NCBI GenBank assembly: GCA_025451235.1
Contig: JANWKT010000013.1
Coordinates: 81,317-145,316 of the forward strand
Origin: Flavobacteriales bacterium
GTDB taxonomy: Bacteria; Bacteroidota; Bacteroidia; CAIKAF01
Direction: 5' to 3'
Length of the DNA: 64,000 nucleotides
Position numbers and translations under genes: made by a program. Under the pieces are notes generated by a model. It did no database searches, was not told where the DNA came from, and worked only from the letters and a program-made list of their open reading frames with translations. Positions 43,558 through 52,745 of the stretch are shown here, piece after piece (within the stretch, counting starts at the first letter, position 1; each line of letters starts with the position of its first letter).

Positions 43558-46410
43558 TCAAAATTTTCGTTTGATGGGAATGGTCAATATGACTTTGGTG
43601 CCCGAAGGTTGGTTGTTTTCATACAGGTCTTCATATATATATCCAAACTGACCTTTAAAAACGTTGCTCAGGATCTCAAAACGTTTATGAATTGCTTTAC
43701 CTGAGAAAGATTCATGGTCGGATCTTTGACGTAGTTTGATGGTTTTGGCTTGTTCTCTTCCAATTCCATTGTCTTCAATGGTACAGGTCAATACCTCTTT
43801 TAATTCAAAAGATATTTTCAGGTTTTTTGCTCCTTCCTTATGCAGGAGTCCATGTACCAATGCATTTTCAATAAAGGGTTGGATAAGAAGTGGTGGCAGC
43901 ATAATATCTTCTACATTCCTGGTATCAATGCTATAGTTCAGGTCTTTTTTATACCTCAACTTTTCCAGGGATAAATACAACTCCAACAATTTAATTTCCT
44001 GGTCAAAATCTATAAAATCTTTCTCCGAGTAATTTAAAGTCCTCCGCACCAGGTTCGAAAAAGTGGTAATATAGGAATAGGAATGTTCCACATCCCCTTT
44101 GAGGATCAGGTCTTGTATGGAGTTGAGCGAATTGAAAATAAAGTGAGGATTCATTTGCGATTGGATAGCAGTTAGCTTGGAGGCATTGAGCTCGCTGAGT
44201 TGCTTTGCCTTTTTATTCTGGATCTTTAACTGCCACCGATAAATGAAATATACGATGCCTAAAAATAAGACAACCACCGCAGCAATAAACCACACATGCG
44301 CATAAAAGGGTTTTTCAATAGTGAACGAGTAAGAGATCACCGGACTGAATACTCCCTGGTTCTCTGCTTTTAGTTGGAAGGTATATGTGCCCGGTGCCAG
44401 CGCATTGTAAATAACCTCATTTTGCTGGTAGGATTGGGTTTTCCATTCATCGTCGTATCCAACCAATTGATAATAGTAGGAAATGTTCTCCCGGTCTTTT
44501 AAGGTGGGTGAAGAAAAAGTAAATTGAATTTTACGTTCGTTGTTTTTGAAAATACCTTTTTGAAAATCGGTTATAGGCCGGTCGTTTACTTTTATTTCAT
44601 CGAAACGAACAACTGGCTGGGGAATATTGGACCGTACATGGTTGATCGCCACTTGCTGGACGCCTCCGGAGTGGCATACCCATAATGCTTCATCCTGAAG
44701 CGCAAAATCGATGATGCGATTTGACTTGAATCTATAGACCGAATGAATGGAAGTGATGAGTTTTCCACTCATGTCGAAACGGAAAAGTCCGTTGGTGGAA
44801 TTTCCGATCAGGGTGTTTTGATAAATGATGATTTTTTTAAGATCTTCCACTTTTCCGTTCACTATGGGTTGGATAGCACCTGTCACTTTTTTGTCTTCAA
44901 TAACAAGTACACCCTTCTTACGGGTATTGGCAAAGATCTTTCCATGGGAAAAGTAAAGGTCAGTCGGGAAAATATCGGTCCCCTCGTATAGGATCTTTTC
45001 TGATCTTCCGGAGGGAAGTAACACCAGCAATCCCTCGGCTGTTGAAGTATACAGACACTTATTTTCAGGGTTATATTCCAGCCAATAGACCCTTTGTTTG
45101 ATCTCGGGTACAGGTATTACAAAATAGGAATGAAGATTGTTCGGTTCTACCCTGATAATTCCATTATTGGTTCCCAGGTAAAACTCATCATTGGAAACGA
45201 TGGCCGCATCTTTTAAGGAGGATTCAGAAAGATCGATCACCTGACCTGTGTTTTTATTATATGCCCGGATGTATCCATTGTCAAACAGGATCATCTCACT
45301 ATTCTCATTTCCATAAATTCCTTTTATAGGATGGTTGCCCTGGTCGGCAATGATGTGGAGTTGACCGTGGAGATAATAGATGAGTTTTCCCTTAGAGGTA
45401 CCCAGGAAGAGACCCTGGACCGGATCGGCATACATGGCAGTAACAGGATCATCTCTGAAGGAATTCATTACATCCGGAATTTCCAGATCGGGAATAACGA
45501 GTACTCCCTTGTCGAAAGTGCTCAGCAGGATATTGCCTTCATGGTCTTTGTAAACATTTGAAATAAAATAATCCTGGTAGAAAAGGTAATTCCTTACCCC
45601 AGTCATCTGATCTTTAAAGAATGTCACCCCTGGAAAAGCACCTGCTGCCCAAACCTCGTTGCCGGTTTCATAGATCCTCGTGGACCCTTCTATTCCGGAT
45701 AGTCCAGTTGTTCCCATGGATGTTAATTGAAAAGTAGACTGGTTATAGTTATACAATGACCTTGTTCTTACATCAAATGCATGCGAATTTCCATGGATAT
45801 TGAAAAATTTTAAAACGGATTGGGAAGTTAATTGTCCTGGACCCATGTTTAAACCCTGCATAAAAATTTTTCCGCTGGAGTACATCAAAACCGAATCACT
45901 CCCAGTTAGGTGAAACTGAATTTCTTTTTTTGCATTGATAAAAGCAGGACCTAAAGAATGCCCATGGAGTGCTTGACGTTCCATCACCTTTCCATTTTTA
46001 TTCAACACGATCACTTTAGCTGCTCCAATCACTAACTCATCCTCCTGCCCAATTGCCAGACTTATATCTGCTTTTGCTTCATCTTTCTGCAGTTCGTATA
46101 CAAGTTTACATTCCATATCAACGATTTGGAATACCTGATTGTTGAGGTTATGACAATAGATCATTCCCTGCCGGTCTATTTCAAAATTGAAGACAGAATT
46201 GGTTTTGGCCTCATCACATTCTATTTTTTCATACGTATAATAATCATAATGATAAATCCCTTCATTGGTGGCAAACAAATAGTTCAATTCTTTGTCTTGT
46301 ATTACATCATAGATCTGGATCCCCCTGAATTCTTCTTCACCTAAGATGAAATAAGCAGGTTGCTGGGCATGGAGGTTGGCATTGAGCGATACCATGAATA
46401 GCAGAAACAA
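43558..46410 (-). CDS. LytS-type sensor histidine kinase with beta-propeller and Y_Y_Y domains
   Basis: YYYQLVGYD..W, LAPGTYTF, TM helix, SQMNPHFIFNSLN, QPFIENALVHG, EDNGIG. Confidence 0.93.
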   Translation of the reverse strand: MFLLFMVSLNANLHAQQPAYFILGEEEFRGIQIYDVIQDKELNYLFATNEGIYHYDYYTYEKIECDEAKTNSVFNFEIDRQGMIYCHNLNNQVFQIVDMECKLVYELQKDEAKADISLAIGQEDELVIGAAKVIVLNKNGKVMERQALHGHSLGPAFINAKKEIQFHLTGSDSVLMYSSGKIFMQGLNMGPGQLTSQSVLKFFNIHGNSHAFDVRTRSLYNYNQSTFQLTSMGTTGLSGIEGSTRIYETGNEVWAAGAFPGVTFFKDQMTGVRNYLFYQDYFISNVYKDHEGNILLSTFDKGVLVIPDLEIPDVMNSFRDDPVTAMYADPVQGLFLGTSKGKLIYYLHGQLHIIADQGNHPIKGIYGNENSEMILFDNGYIRAYNKNTGQVIDLSESSLKDAAIVSNDEFYLGTNNGIIRVEPNNLHSYFVIPVPEIKQRVYWLEYNPENKCLYTSTAEGLLVLLPSGRSEKILYEGTDIFPTDLYFSHGKIFANTRKKGVLVIEDKKVTGAIQPIVNGKVEDLKKIIIYQNTLIGNSTNGLFRFDMSGKLITSIHSVYRFKSNRIIDFALQDEALWVCHSGGVQQVAINHVRSNIPQPVVRFDEIKVNDRPITDFQKGIFKNNERKIQFTFSSPTLKDRENISYYYQLVGYDDEWKTQSYQQNEVIYNALAPGTYTFQLKAENQGVFSPVISYSFTIEKPFYAHVWFIAAVVVLFLGIVYFIYRWQLKIQNKKAKQLSELNASKLTAIQSQMNPHFIFNSLNSIQDLILKGDVEHSYSYITTFSNLVRRTLNYSEKDFIDFDQEIKLLELYLSLEKLRYKKDLNYSIDTRNVEDIMLPPLLIQPFIENALVHGLLHKEGAKNLKISFELKEVLTCTIEDNGIGREQAKTIKLRQRSDHESFSGKAIHKRFEILSNVFKGQFGYIYEDLYENNQPSGTKVILTIPIKRKF

Positions 46411-46594
46411 ATATGCTGCTGTATGCAGAAATGTTTTTGAATAGGTAGGTATGTGGGAATGGTGAGTGATGGGGGCTTAGATTTGTGTACAACGAAAGTA
46501 GGATTTTTTGAGGAATTCCTGGTTTGTCGTCCAGCTGATGTTTTTTTTAGTTCCCGTAGACGTTTTTATCTGATTTGGCTGTGGGCTCGTGTGG

Positions 46595-46778
46595 TTTGTT
46601 CCCGCAGATCTCGCAGATTTTCGCAGGCTTTTTTCTATCGTCACAATACCATTCGGCTGACTGCATTTCGCAGATCAGAGGCGCCACGGCGCCTCATCTG
46701 CGAGATAAGAGCAGCCGAATGGGAAGGCAGGGCAAAAGCCCTTCTTAAGCGAAAATCAGCGAGATCTGCGGGAACAAA
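46595..46778. repeat. Palindromic MITE/REP-like element, copy 1
   Basis: 29/30-bp terminal inverted repeats tttgttcccgcagatctcgcagattttcgc; inner tcgcagat..gaggcgc..gcgcctc.atctgcga hairpin. Confidence 0.8.
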
Positions 46779-46880
46779 ATGATTATTGCCAACTATGGAC
46801 ATATTCCAGTACAAGAGGTCCGAAGATTTTTAACACTCCTTCCGCCAATTATTTTTAATTTTCTGAACTATCCTGAAAGT

Positions 46881-47756
46881 CTAAAGCGCCTTATAAAAAC
46901 TCCTCTCCTTGATCTCATCCACTATATATTTTTTATCCGGAGCTTCCGTTTTATTCATATAGATCATTCTCCAATAATGAGGTAAGTTCCTATCCGGATA
47001 TACATTGCTCACGGGGATTTGATAGGGAAGTCCATGGAGGTTGAAAGATACCATCCAGTTGTTCGCATTGATATTTTTAATCGTGAGCTCATTGATGGCT
47101 TTGTCCAGATCTGCTTTAAATTGTTTTTTATCGACCAGCCCCAACAGTTGGGTTTCTGATTTCTCGAAAAATGTTTCCAAACTACCGGCACAGATCAATT
47201 CGATCACAATGGCCCGGATGGCTTCTTCTTTTCTTTTTAAATTTAACAATAGCTCCACTTTCCAATCGAGCATATAGGCTTGTTCCAGGCTTACATTGGT
47301 GGCACTCCCTTCGAAACCCCAATACCTGTAAACGGTATCGGCCTGGTCTAACCATTTCAACGCTTCTACATAATTCGAATCGATGGCATATAATCCTGCC
47401 AAAGCAGCTGCCGACTTATGCTTATAATTGGTATGGGGTTCCATTAAAGAACCTGTTTCATCGCTGTCTTTCAGATCTGAATCCAGGATCCTCTTGTACC
47501 AGGTCTTGGCTTTGTCGTATTCTTTCATTTGCCAATAGACCGTTGGGATATTAAAAAATGCATTTCCATAGGTATCGTATTTCTTGCCCACCTTATTTTC
47601 TACCATATAGGTCCAGACCGCAATGGTGGAATCCAGCTTCCCCTCATTATAAAAATCCAAGCCTTTGTTGAACATGCTGAGCCCAGTGGTATCCACCGTT
47701 TTTTGGGCAAAGGCGTAGGAGGTGATGAAGAGGAGGGAGAGGAAGATGGTTTTCAT
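46881..47756 (-). CDS. Exported TPR-like protein
   Basis: Signal peptide; helical repeats such as YWQMKEYDKAKTWY and YVEALKWLDQA. Confidence 0.7.
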   Translation of the reverse strand: MKTIFLSLLFITSYAFAQKTVDTTGLSMFNKGLDFYNEGKLDSTIAVWTYMVENKVGKKYDTYGNAFFNIPTVYWQMKEYDKAKTWYKRILDSDLKDSDETGSLMEPHTNYKHKSAAALAGLYAIDSNYVEALKWLDQADTVYRYWGFEGSATNVSLEQAYMLDWKVELLLNLKRKEEAIRAIVIELICAGSLETFFEKSETQLLGLVDKKQFKADLDKAINELTIKNINANNWMVSFNLHGLPYQIPVSNVYPDRNLPHYWRMIYMNKTEAPDKKYIVDEIKERSFYKAL

Positions 47757-47841
47757 ATCATGGTTTTTGTATAGCGAAGATAACGAATAAGGGGGGATTT
47801 TAGTGTGGGGGGAGGCGGTATATGTCTTTATGGGAAGAAAA

Positions 47842-48267
47842 TTACCCTAGCATTTCCAAAATTTTCTTTGTTATTGACGGTGGGAATATGCTACAAGACT
47901 CCCAAGCTTCAAGTGTGATTCCTAGCTTTTTCAAATTAAGTTTGACATTATCTGATACGGTTTTGTAGTTTGATTCGCATCTTTTTGCTATTTCTTTTTT
48001 TGATAGGACAAATTCGATTTCCTCCCCTAGCGCCTGCTTTAGCCTAACAGTGTCCCAATATCTAAGCCATCTCATTTCATTCCATTTTTTATGTGGAATT
48101 TCATTTTGAAAAAATTTTATCCATTTAGATAAGGTAGGTCGAGTTATTCCGTAATCCTTGGCAATTGCTTCTTTTGATTTTCTGGTACTAACAAGTATGA
48201 AAAAAGAAATAATAAAAACGAGAAGAATTACTGCATTTTTGAATGAATCTGAGAGCTGCTTTTCCAT
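47842..48267 (-). CDS. Small protein with N-terminal TM and tandem HTH-like motifs
   Basis: Hydrophobic residues 12-27; SKEAIAKDYGITRPTLSKWI and SKKEIAKRCESNYKTV; TATCTTTG promoter box at 48294-48287. Confidence 0.55.
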   Translation of the reverse strand: MEKQLSDSFKNAVILLVFIISFFILVSTRKSKEAIAKDYGITRPTLSKWIKFFQNEIPHKKWNEMRWLRYWDTVRLKQALGEEIEFVLSKKEIAKRCESNYKTVSDNVKLNLKKLGITLEAWESCSIFPPSITKKILEMLG

Positions 48268-48397
48268 ATAGTTTAATAATTTGCAACAAAGATAGATTCA
48301 GCCTAAAAATAGATCTAAACTTTTTGCAATATTCTCTGAATGACTATATAAATAATTGGTTGTGTGATATTTATATTCAACTAGCAGAATTAGCGTA

Positions 48398-48616
48398 TTG
48401 TAACGAAGAATTATTTACCACGCTAGACCACCTTAGTCCGTTACGCTGCTAGGCTACCCAAGTCCGCTACGCTGTTACCGATTTATAAATATCGGAACTT
48501 TAATTTAAACTACAATGATAGCGTGGCGTAAATTTCAAAATACGCCCAGGCGGGTTAGTAGCAGTACACTTTAAATTGGCCGTATCGCAGGTAATGTGGA
48601 AAATATACAGTTAGCT
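48398..48616 (-). mobile_element. attC-like site 2 (degenerate, ~219 bp)
   Basis: AGCTAAC just after the DUF5677-like stop; ATTTTCCAC/GTGGTAAAT inner arms; GTTACAA distal end; 48514-48557 homologous to core of site 1. Confidence 0.5.
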
Positions 48617-48625
48617 GTTGGCGTT

Positions 48626-49684
48626 TCATTTTTTAAAAGATTTTTGAAGTCTTTCAAATACTTTCTCCAAAAACAGATAGTTAACATCAAATTCATTTGA
48701 TACTGAGAATTCATAAAGTATATAATGATTCACCTCGTGCAAAATACTAATAGTGAATTGCATTGGATCAATGAATGCTTTTAATTCAATATCTTGATCT
48801 AACAATTTTGGTAAAACTATTTTGTTCCTAGTCATGAATTGTTGTAATCCATTGAAGTTTGAATGAATTTGTTCACTACATAGAACATAGTATGGTCGAA
48901 ATCTACTCATTTCAGCTCTTTCTTCAAGAACTCTAAAATCTGCTTTTTTATTTCCTAGAAACAAATCGTCCGCCCATCCAAAATCATTTTTTAAAAAATC
49001 CTTACCATATTTATTTCCGAGTGTCTCTTTAGCTTTATTAAGGTTTATCTCCGTTTTCTTTGGAAGGGGAGGAAACTTTAATGCTTTGTGGTTACTATTG
49101 TAGGCTGCTATCTTTCTTTGAGAATTTCTAATGGAATGCTCGTAGAATTTATTTGAAAGCTCAGCATTATTTTCAAGTGCCAAAACCAGTAGTATAATTG
49201 CATCTTCATACATTGCACGCCAAATAATCATAGCTCCATCTATATATCCACTTACTAATAAGTCAACAATTTCCTGAGCCCTTCTCAACATTAAGCCGTA
49301 TAAGGAAATGTTTATTTTTAAGGTACTGTCAATTCGCTTCCTATTTACCTTAACACTGATTTGCTCATACATATTTGCACAGGCTGTAATGTAAAGGATG
49401 AATGAAATGAAAGAGTCTCTATTATTCTGGACTATTGCACGTTGATTTTTGAAATGAACCTTTAAAAAGTCATCAATTTTAAAGTTGTGGTTTTCTAAAT
49501 AGGTATTTGTTAAAATATCCTCGTAGTCAGATATTATACCATCAAGATTTGATGCAATTTTCTGTGCTATTTCCTTTTCTGAAAGCTTGGATGTGCTAAT
49601 AAGATTAATTAATGTGCTATTAAGGATTTCGCTAAAGTCTTCAAAAAAGAGACCTTCTATTTCTACTTGTTTATATCGTCCCAA
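48626..49684 (-). CDS. DUF5677-like protein (probable HEPN-related helical fold)
   Basis: LLVSGYIDGAMIIWRAMYE and YYVLCSEQIHSN motifs; TTG start. Confidence 0.65.
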   Translation of the reverse strand: MGRYKQVEIEGLFFEDFSEILNSTLINLISTSKLSEKEIAQKIASNLDGIISDYEDILTNTYLENHNFKIDDFLKVHFKNQRAIVQNNRDSFISFILYITACANMYEQISVKVNRKRIDSTLKINISLYGLMLRRAQEIVDLLVSGYIDGAMIIWRAMYEDAIILLVLALENNAELSNKFYEHSIRNSQRKIAAYNSNHKALKFPPLPKKTEINLNKAKETLGNKYGKDFLKNDFGWADDLFLGNKKADFRVLEERAEMSRFRPYYVLCSEQIHSNFNGLQQFMTRNKIVLPKLLDQDIELKAFIDPMQFTISILHEVNHYILYEFSVSNEFDVNYLFLEKVFERLQKSFKK

Positions 49685-49709
49685 AATATAACCTTTTAAA
49701 TTGTGTTAT

Positions 49710-50480
49710 TCATTTTTTACCCTTTTCTAATAAAGGCAAAATAGTACTTTTTAATGTCAGCAGCATATACGGTCTTTTAACCTTTCCCTCTTTTAAATAT
49801 TTACTAATAACTCTTGTGACGCCTAAAAAGGATTCTTCAGTATGTTTTTTTGCGTTCAAATATTCCTTCCTTTTAATCTCCCTAGGGTATGACCAATTTG
49901 TACCATCAATATCAACATAAAAGCAATGTTCTTTAATTTGCTGAGCATTTGAAAGCCAATCTTTCTTCTCAATTATAGTTTTGCTCGGTGTTTTTGGTCC
50001 TAATTTTGATTGAATTTCTGCTGTTTGGGTTGCGTTTGCCATTGTCTGACCAATACGTTTAATGTAATTCTCAATCGATTCTCCTTCCCTAATCTGTAAA
50101 TTGTCTTTCTCTGTTAGAATAAAACTATTGATTTTACCATCGAAGTCAATTTTTTTAAGATTTCTGTGGATATGATTGAAAGCACTGGCAATATGAAGGC
50201 GAGTTTCGTGTATATTCTTATATCCTTTGACTTTTTTAAACCCGTAATCTATAAATTCTTTATCCCTAACCCCTATTAAGAAAAAAAATAAAGATTGCGC
50301 TTTTATTAATTCCTCAATCGTAAGCAACTTTAAAGCTGTTGCAAGCGGATATTTTTTCTTAGTTGCCAAGATATCGGCCGCATTGCTAAGATCTCTTGCA
50401 TTTGTATAAATAACCTCTAAGCCATCCTCGATAGTTTCTTCATCAAGCCTTAAAAGAATTTCATAACTAAGTTTCACCAT
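49710..50480 (-). CDS. AbiV-like HEPN abortive-infection protein
   Basis: NARDL..AADIL....YPLA.AL..L.IEELIKA, HETRL, KEHCFYVD. Confidence 0.72.
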   Translation of the reverse strand: MVKLSYEILLRLDEETIEDGLEVIYTNARDLSNAADILATKKKYPLATALKLLTIEELIKAQSLFFFLIGVRDKEFIDYGFKKVKGYKNIHETRLHIASAFNHIHRNLKKIDFDGKINSFILTEKDNLQIREGESIENYIKRIGQTMANATQTAEIQSKLGPKTPSKTIIEKKDWLSNAQQIKEHCFYVDIDGTNWSYPREIKRKEYLNAKKHTEESFLGVTRVISKYLKEGKVKRPYMLLTLKSTILPLLEKGKK

Positions 50481-50506
50481 TACTTAAAAAATTAATATTT
50501 AAATAT

Positions 50507-51916
50507 TTAATATTTTGTTTTATTAGCATACCCATTAATTATTAGAGCAATCATAATCCAGCCAAAAAAGGTTTCACTTCCGACGAGCAATTTTATCTGG
50601 TTACTATATTCGGCTAAATTAACTCCACCTATTCGAACGAATCCAAAAATCGCATTATATAATCCGTCTATCCAGCTTTCGGAAATTCCCACCAAATAAT
50701 AAACAAAGGAGTAAGCAATAATGACCAATATTGAGTTATAAATAAGTCGATGGGGCTTCTCTCCAAATCCCCATAAAAGATAATTACATATGCCCAAGAA
50801 ACTCAAACGAATTTGTTGAATGCATCTAAAAAACTCCCTTTTCAATCGTAATAGTGTGCCTCGATTTTGTCTTCTGTTCTTACCTAGTTTATAATGGCCC
50901 CAAAAGGTATTAATACTTGCAATTGTGGAAAACAGTTCGAATTTACGTTCAAAGTAATGTGATTCCTTTGTTCGCTTTCTGTCTCCCTGTCTTGAATAGG
51001 CTATTCTGAATTTGACAAAATTGTCTGCAATATATCGATAAGTGCTTGCTTTAGTAGAGTAAAAATCTCTCTTCATAGGAATATATTTGACTTCCTCAAT
51101 ATAACTATTTTGCAAATCAATTCGATTCATTGAAATCTCGTCAAACGTAACATATCTTAATTCACTATTCTTACAAGTCATGCTCCACAAATTCCCATTA
51201 TGAAAATGCGTAGCGTATATTTCTGAACTATTTTCCAGTTTCAGATTTTGAAAATCACATTCAACAAGATTTAGGGAGCTTAATTTCCCATCATTAAGTC
51301 TAATATTGTGTGCATGAGCAAAATATATACTATGCATTATATTGCCGTGATCTGGACCTTCAATAGTCAAAAAATCCAAATTGGTAAAGTCAAGATTTCG
51401 TCTATTTATTCTGTACCCTCGTGTAATAGTTAAGCCACCAAGTTTTAGCACATAGTGACCCATCATTTTCCATTGGCAAAGATCTGGAACATCTGGAGCA
51501 TGTCCTGAACCATATAGCAACTTAGTATTCTTGCCCGGTAGGAAATGTCTAGTTTTATACTTTCTTTGACCCCATAAGATATATGGCGTAAATCTTTGAT
51601 AAATATGATTTTTTTCTTTAGCTCTCCTTTCGACTTCTTTTGCAGCCTGCGTTGATTGTGGATGAACAAAATAATATCGATCGTCTGGATGATTTTCCGA
51701 GAAATCGATTAAATATTTATCATATTCCCCATGAAATAATTCTCCAGGATTTCTGATTTTCACAAGGGTGTCAATCAGAAAATTATTTTCACTAAGCCAA
51801 TCGCCAAAACCCGGAAGATTTTTTTCGAAGGACATGAATAGTTTCGGCAAATCATTCTTTTCTCTCCAAAGATTGAATTCATCAGTAGGAAGGTCCCATA
51901 GTTCTTGAGGAGTCAT
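50507..51916 (-). CDS. Pentapeptide-like repeat protein with C-terminal two-TM ion-channel-like domain
   Basis: NLDFTNLDF and 5-residue-periodic region; LWGFGEKPHRL followed by TM - pore-helix-like - TM. Confidence 0.65.
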   Translation of the reverse strand: MTPQELWDLPTDEFNLWREKNDLPKLFMSFEKNLPGFGDWLSENNFLIDTLVKIRNPGELFHGEYDKYLIDFSENHPDDRYYFVHPQSTQAAKEVERRAKEKNHIYQRFTPYILWGQRKYKTRHFLPGKNTKLLYGSGHAPDVPDLCQWKMMGHYVLKLGGLTITRGYRINRRNLDFTNLDFLTIEGPDHGNIMHSIYFAHAHNIRLNDGKLSSLNLVECDFQNLKLENSSEIYATHFHNGNLWSMTCKNSELRYVTFDEISMNRIDLQNSYIEEVKYIPMKRDFYSTKASTYRYIADNFVKFRIAYSRQGDRKRTKESHYFERKFELFSTIASINTFWGHYKLGKNRRQNRGTLLRLKREFFRCIQQIRLSFLGICNYLLWGFGEKPHRLIYNSILVIIAYSFVYYLVGISESWIDGLYNAIFGFVRIGGVNLAEYSNQIKLLVGSETFFGWIMIALIINGYANKTKY

Positions 51917-51944
51917 TTAGCTGATTCTAACTTATTAATTAAGA

Positions 51945-52568
51945 CTATCTAATGCGTTTTTCGATAGGCATTCGAACTATTCTGGCCACACCTTTGTCAA
52001 ACTTGGCTAGAGAAATATTGGGAAAGGTAAGATAATCTTCCTTTCCTTCATTCTCATCGGTAATGCTACTATCATTTATCAGAGATTTTCCTTTGGTTTT
52101 AAAAGCACGATTATAATAAACCAAGCTGTCCCTGTTAGAATGAATCATTACCAAGATATTTTCCTTGGGAACTAGCTTTTCTATTTTAAAGTAACAGTCC
52201 TTAAAAAAAGGTCCATTTTCTTTGTATGTAAAGTCAATATTGCCATTAGGAGCTAGTTGTATTTGGTCCCCAACCAACATCTGAATATTTATTTCAATAT
52301 TATTAACCGTATTTTTTGATTGATTTGTCACTAAATAATTAGTTGTATAGTCCTGATTACTAATGGTTGGTTCTATTTCTACAATATCCAACGAACTTTT
52401 ATAATACCGTTCAGTGAAATATGGAGTTGTTACAACAAGTTGGACAATTGCTACAATTAGTGCAAGAATTGACAATATAAGTGAAACGTTAATTTTATTG
52501 TTCTGATTCTTTTCATGAAGTGCATCAGAAGTTTCAAATTTTATATTGGTCTTTTTCTTTTTACTCAT
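51945..52568 (-). CDS. Hypothetical protein with single TM anchor
   Basis: 207 aa; VSLILSILALIVAIVQLVV; ATG 7 nt after a GTTAGCT core site. Confidence 0.7.
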   Translation of the reverse strand: MSKKKKTNIKFETSDALHEKNQNNKINVSLILSILALIVAIVQLVVTTPYFTERYYKSSLDIVEIEPTISNQDYTTNYLVTNQSKNTVNNIEINIQMLVGDQIQLAPNGNIDFTYKENGPFFKDCYFKIEKLVPKENILVMIHSNRDSLVYYNRAFKTKGKSLINDSSITDENEGKEDYLTFPNISLAKFDKGVARIVRMPIEKRIR

Positions 52569-52575
52569 AGCCTAC

Positions 52576-52745
52576 AGCTAACGTAACCGCATTTGCCCAC
52601 GGGCCGTTATTTAAAGGTAATAAACTTTACTCATTTCTCAAATGATAGCAGAGTGTAAATTATTCAAATACACCCAAGCGGTTTATGTTCTTAAAACATC
52701 AATTAATCCGGAATGAAAGGCCTGTGGGCAGAATGGGAGTTAGGC
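52576..52745 (-). mobile_element. attC-like site 1 (170 bp)
   Basis: GCCTAAC ... GTTAGCT ends; arms 52590-52605 and 52719-52735 pair with one G.T and one extrahelical G (52731) on the + (bottom) strand. Confidence 0.7.

Noticed and set aside
49685..51944. Separate attC sites between the four genes
   Set aside because: Intergenic gaps are 25-28 bp with no paired arms.
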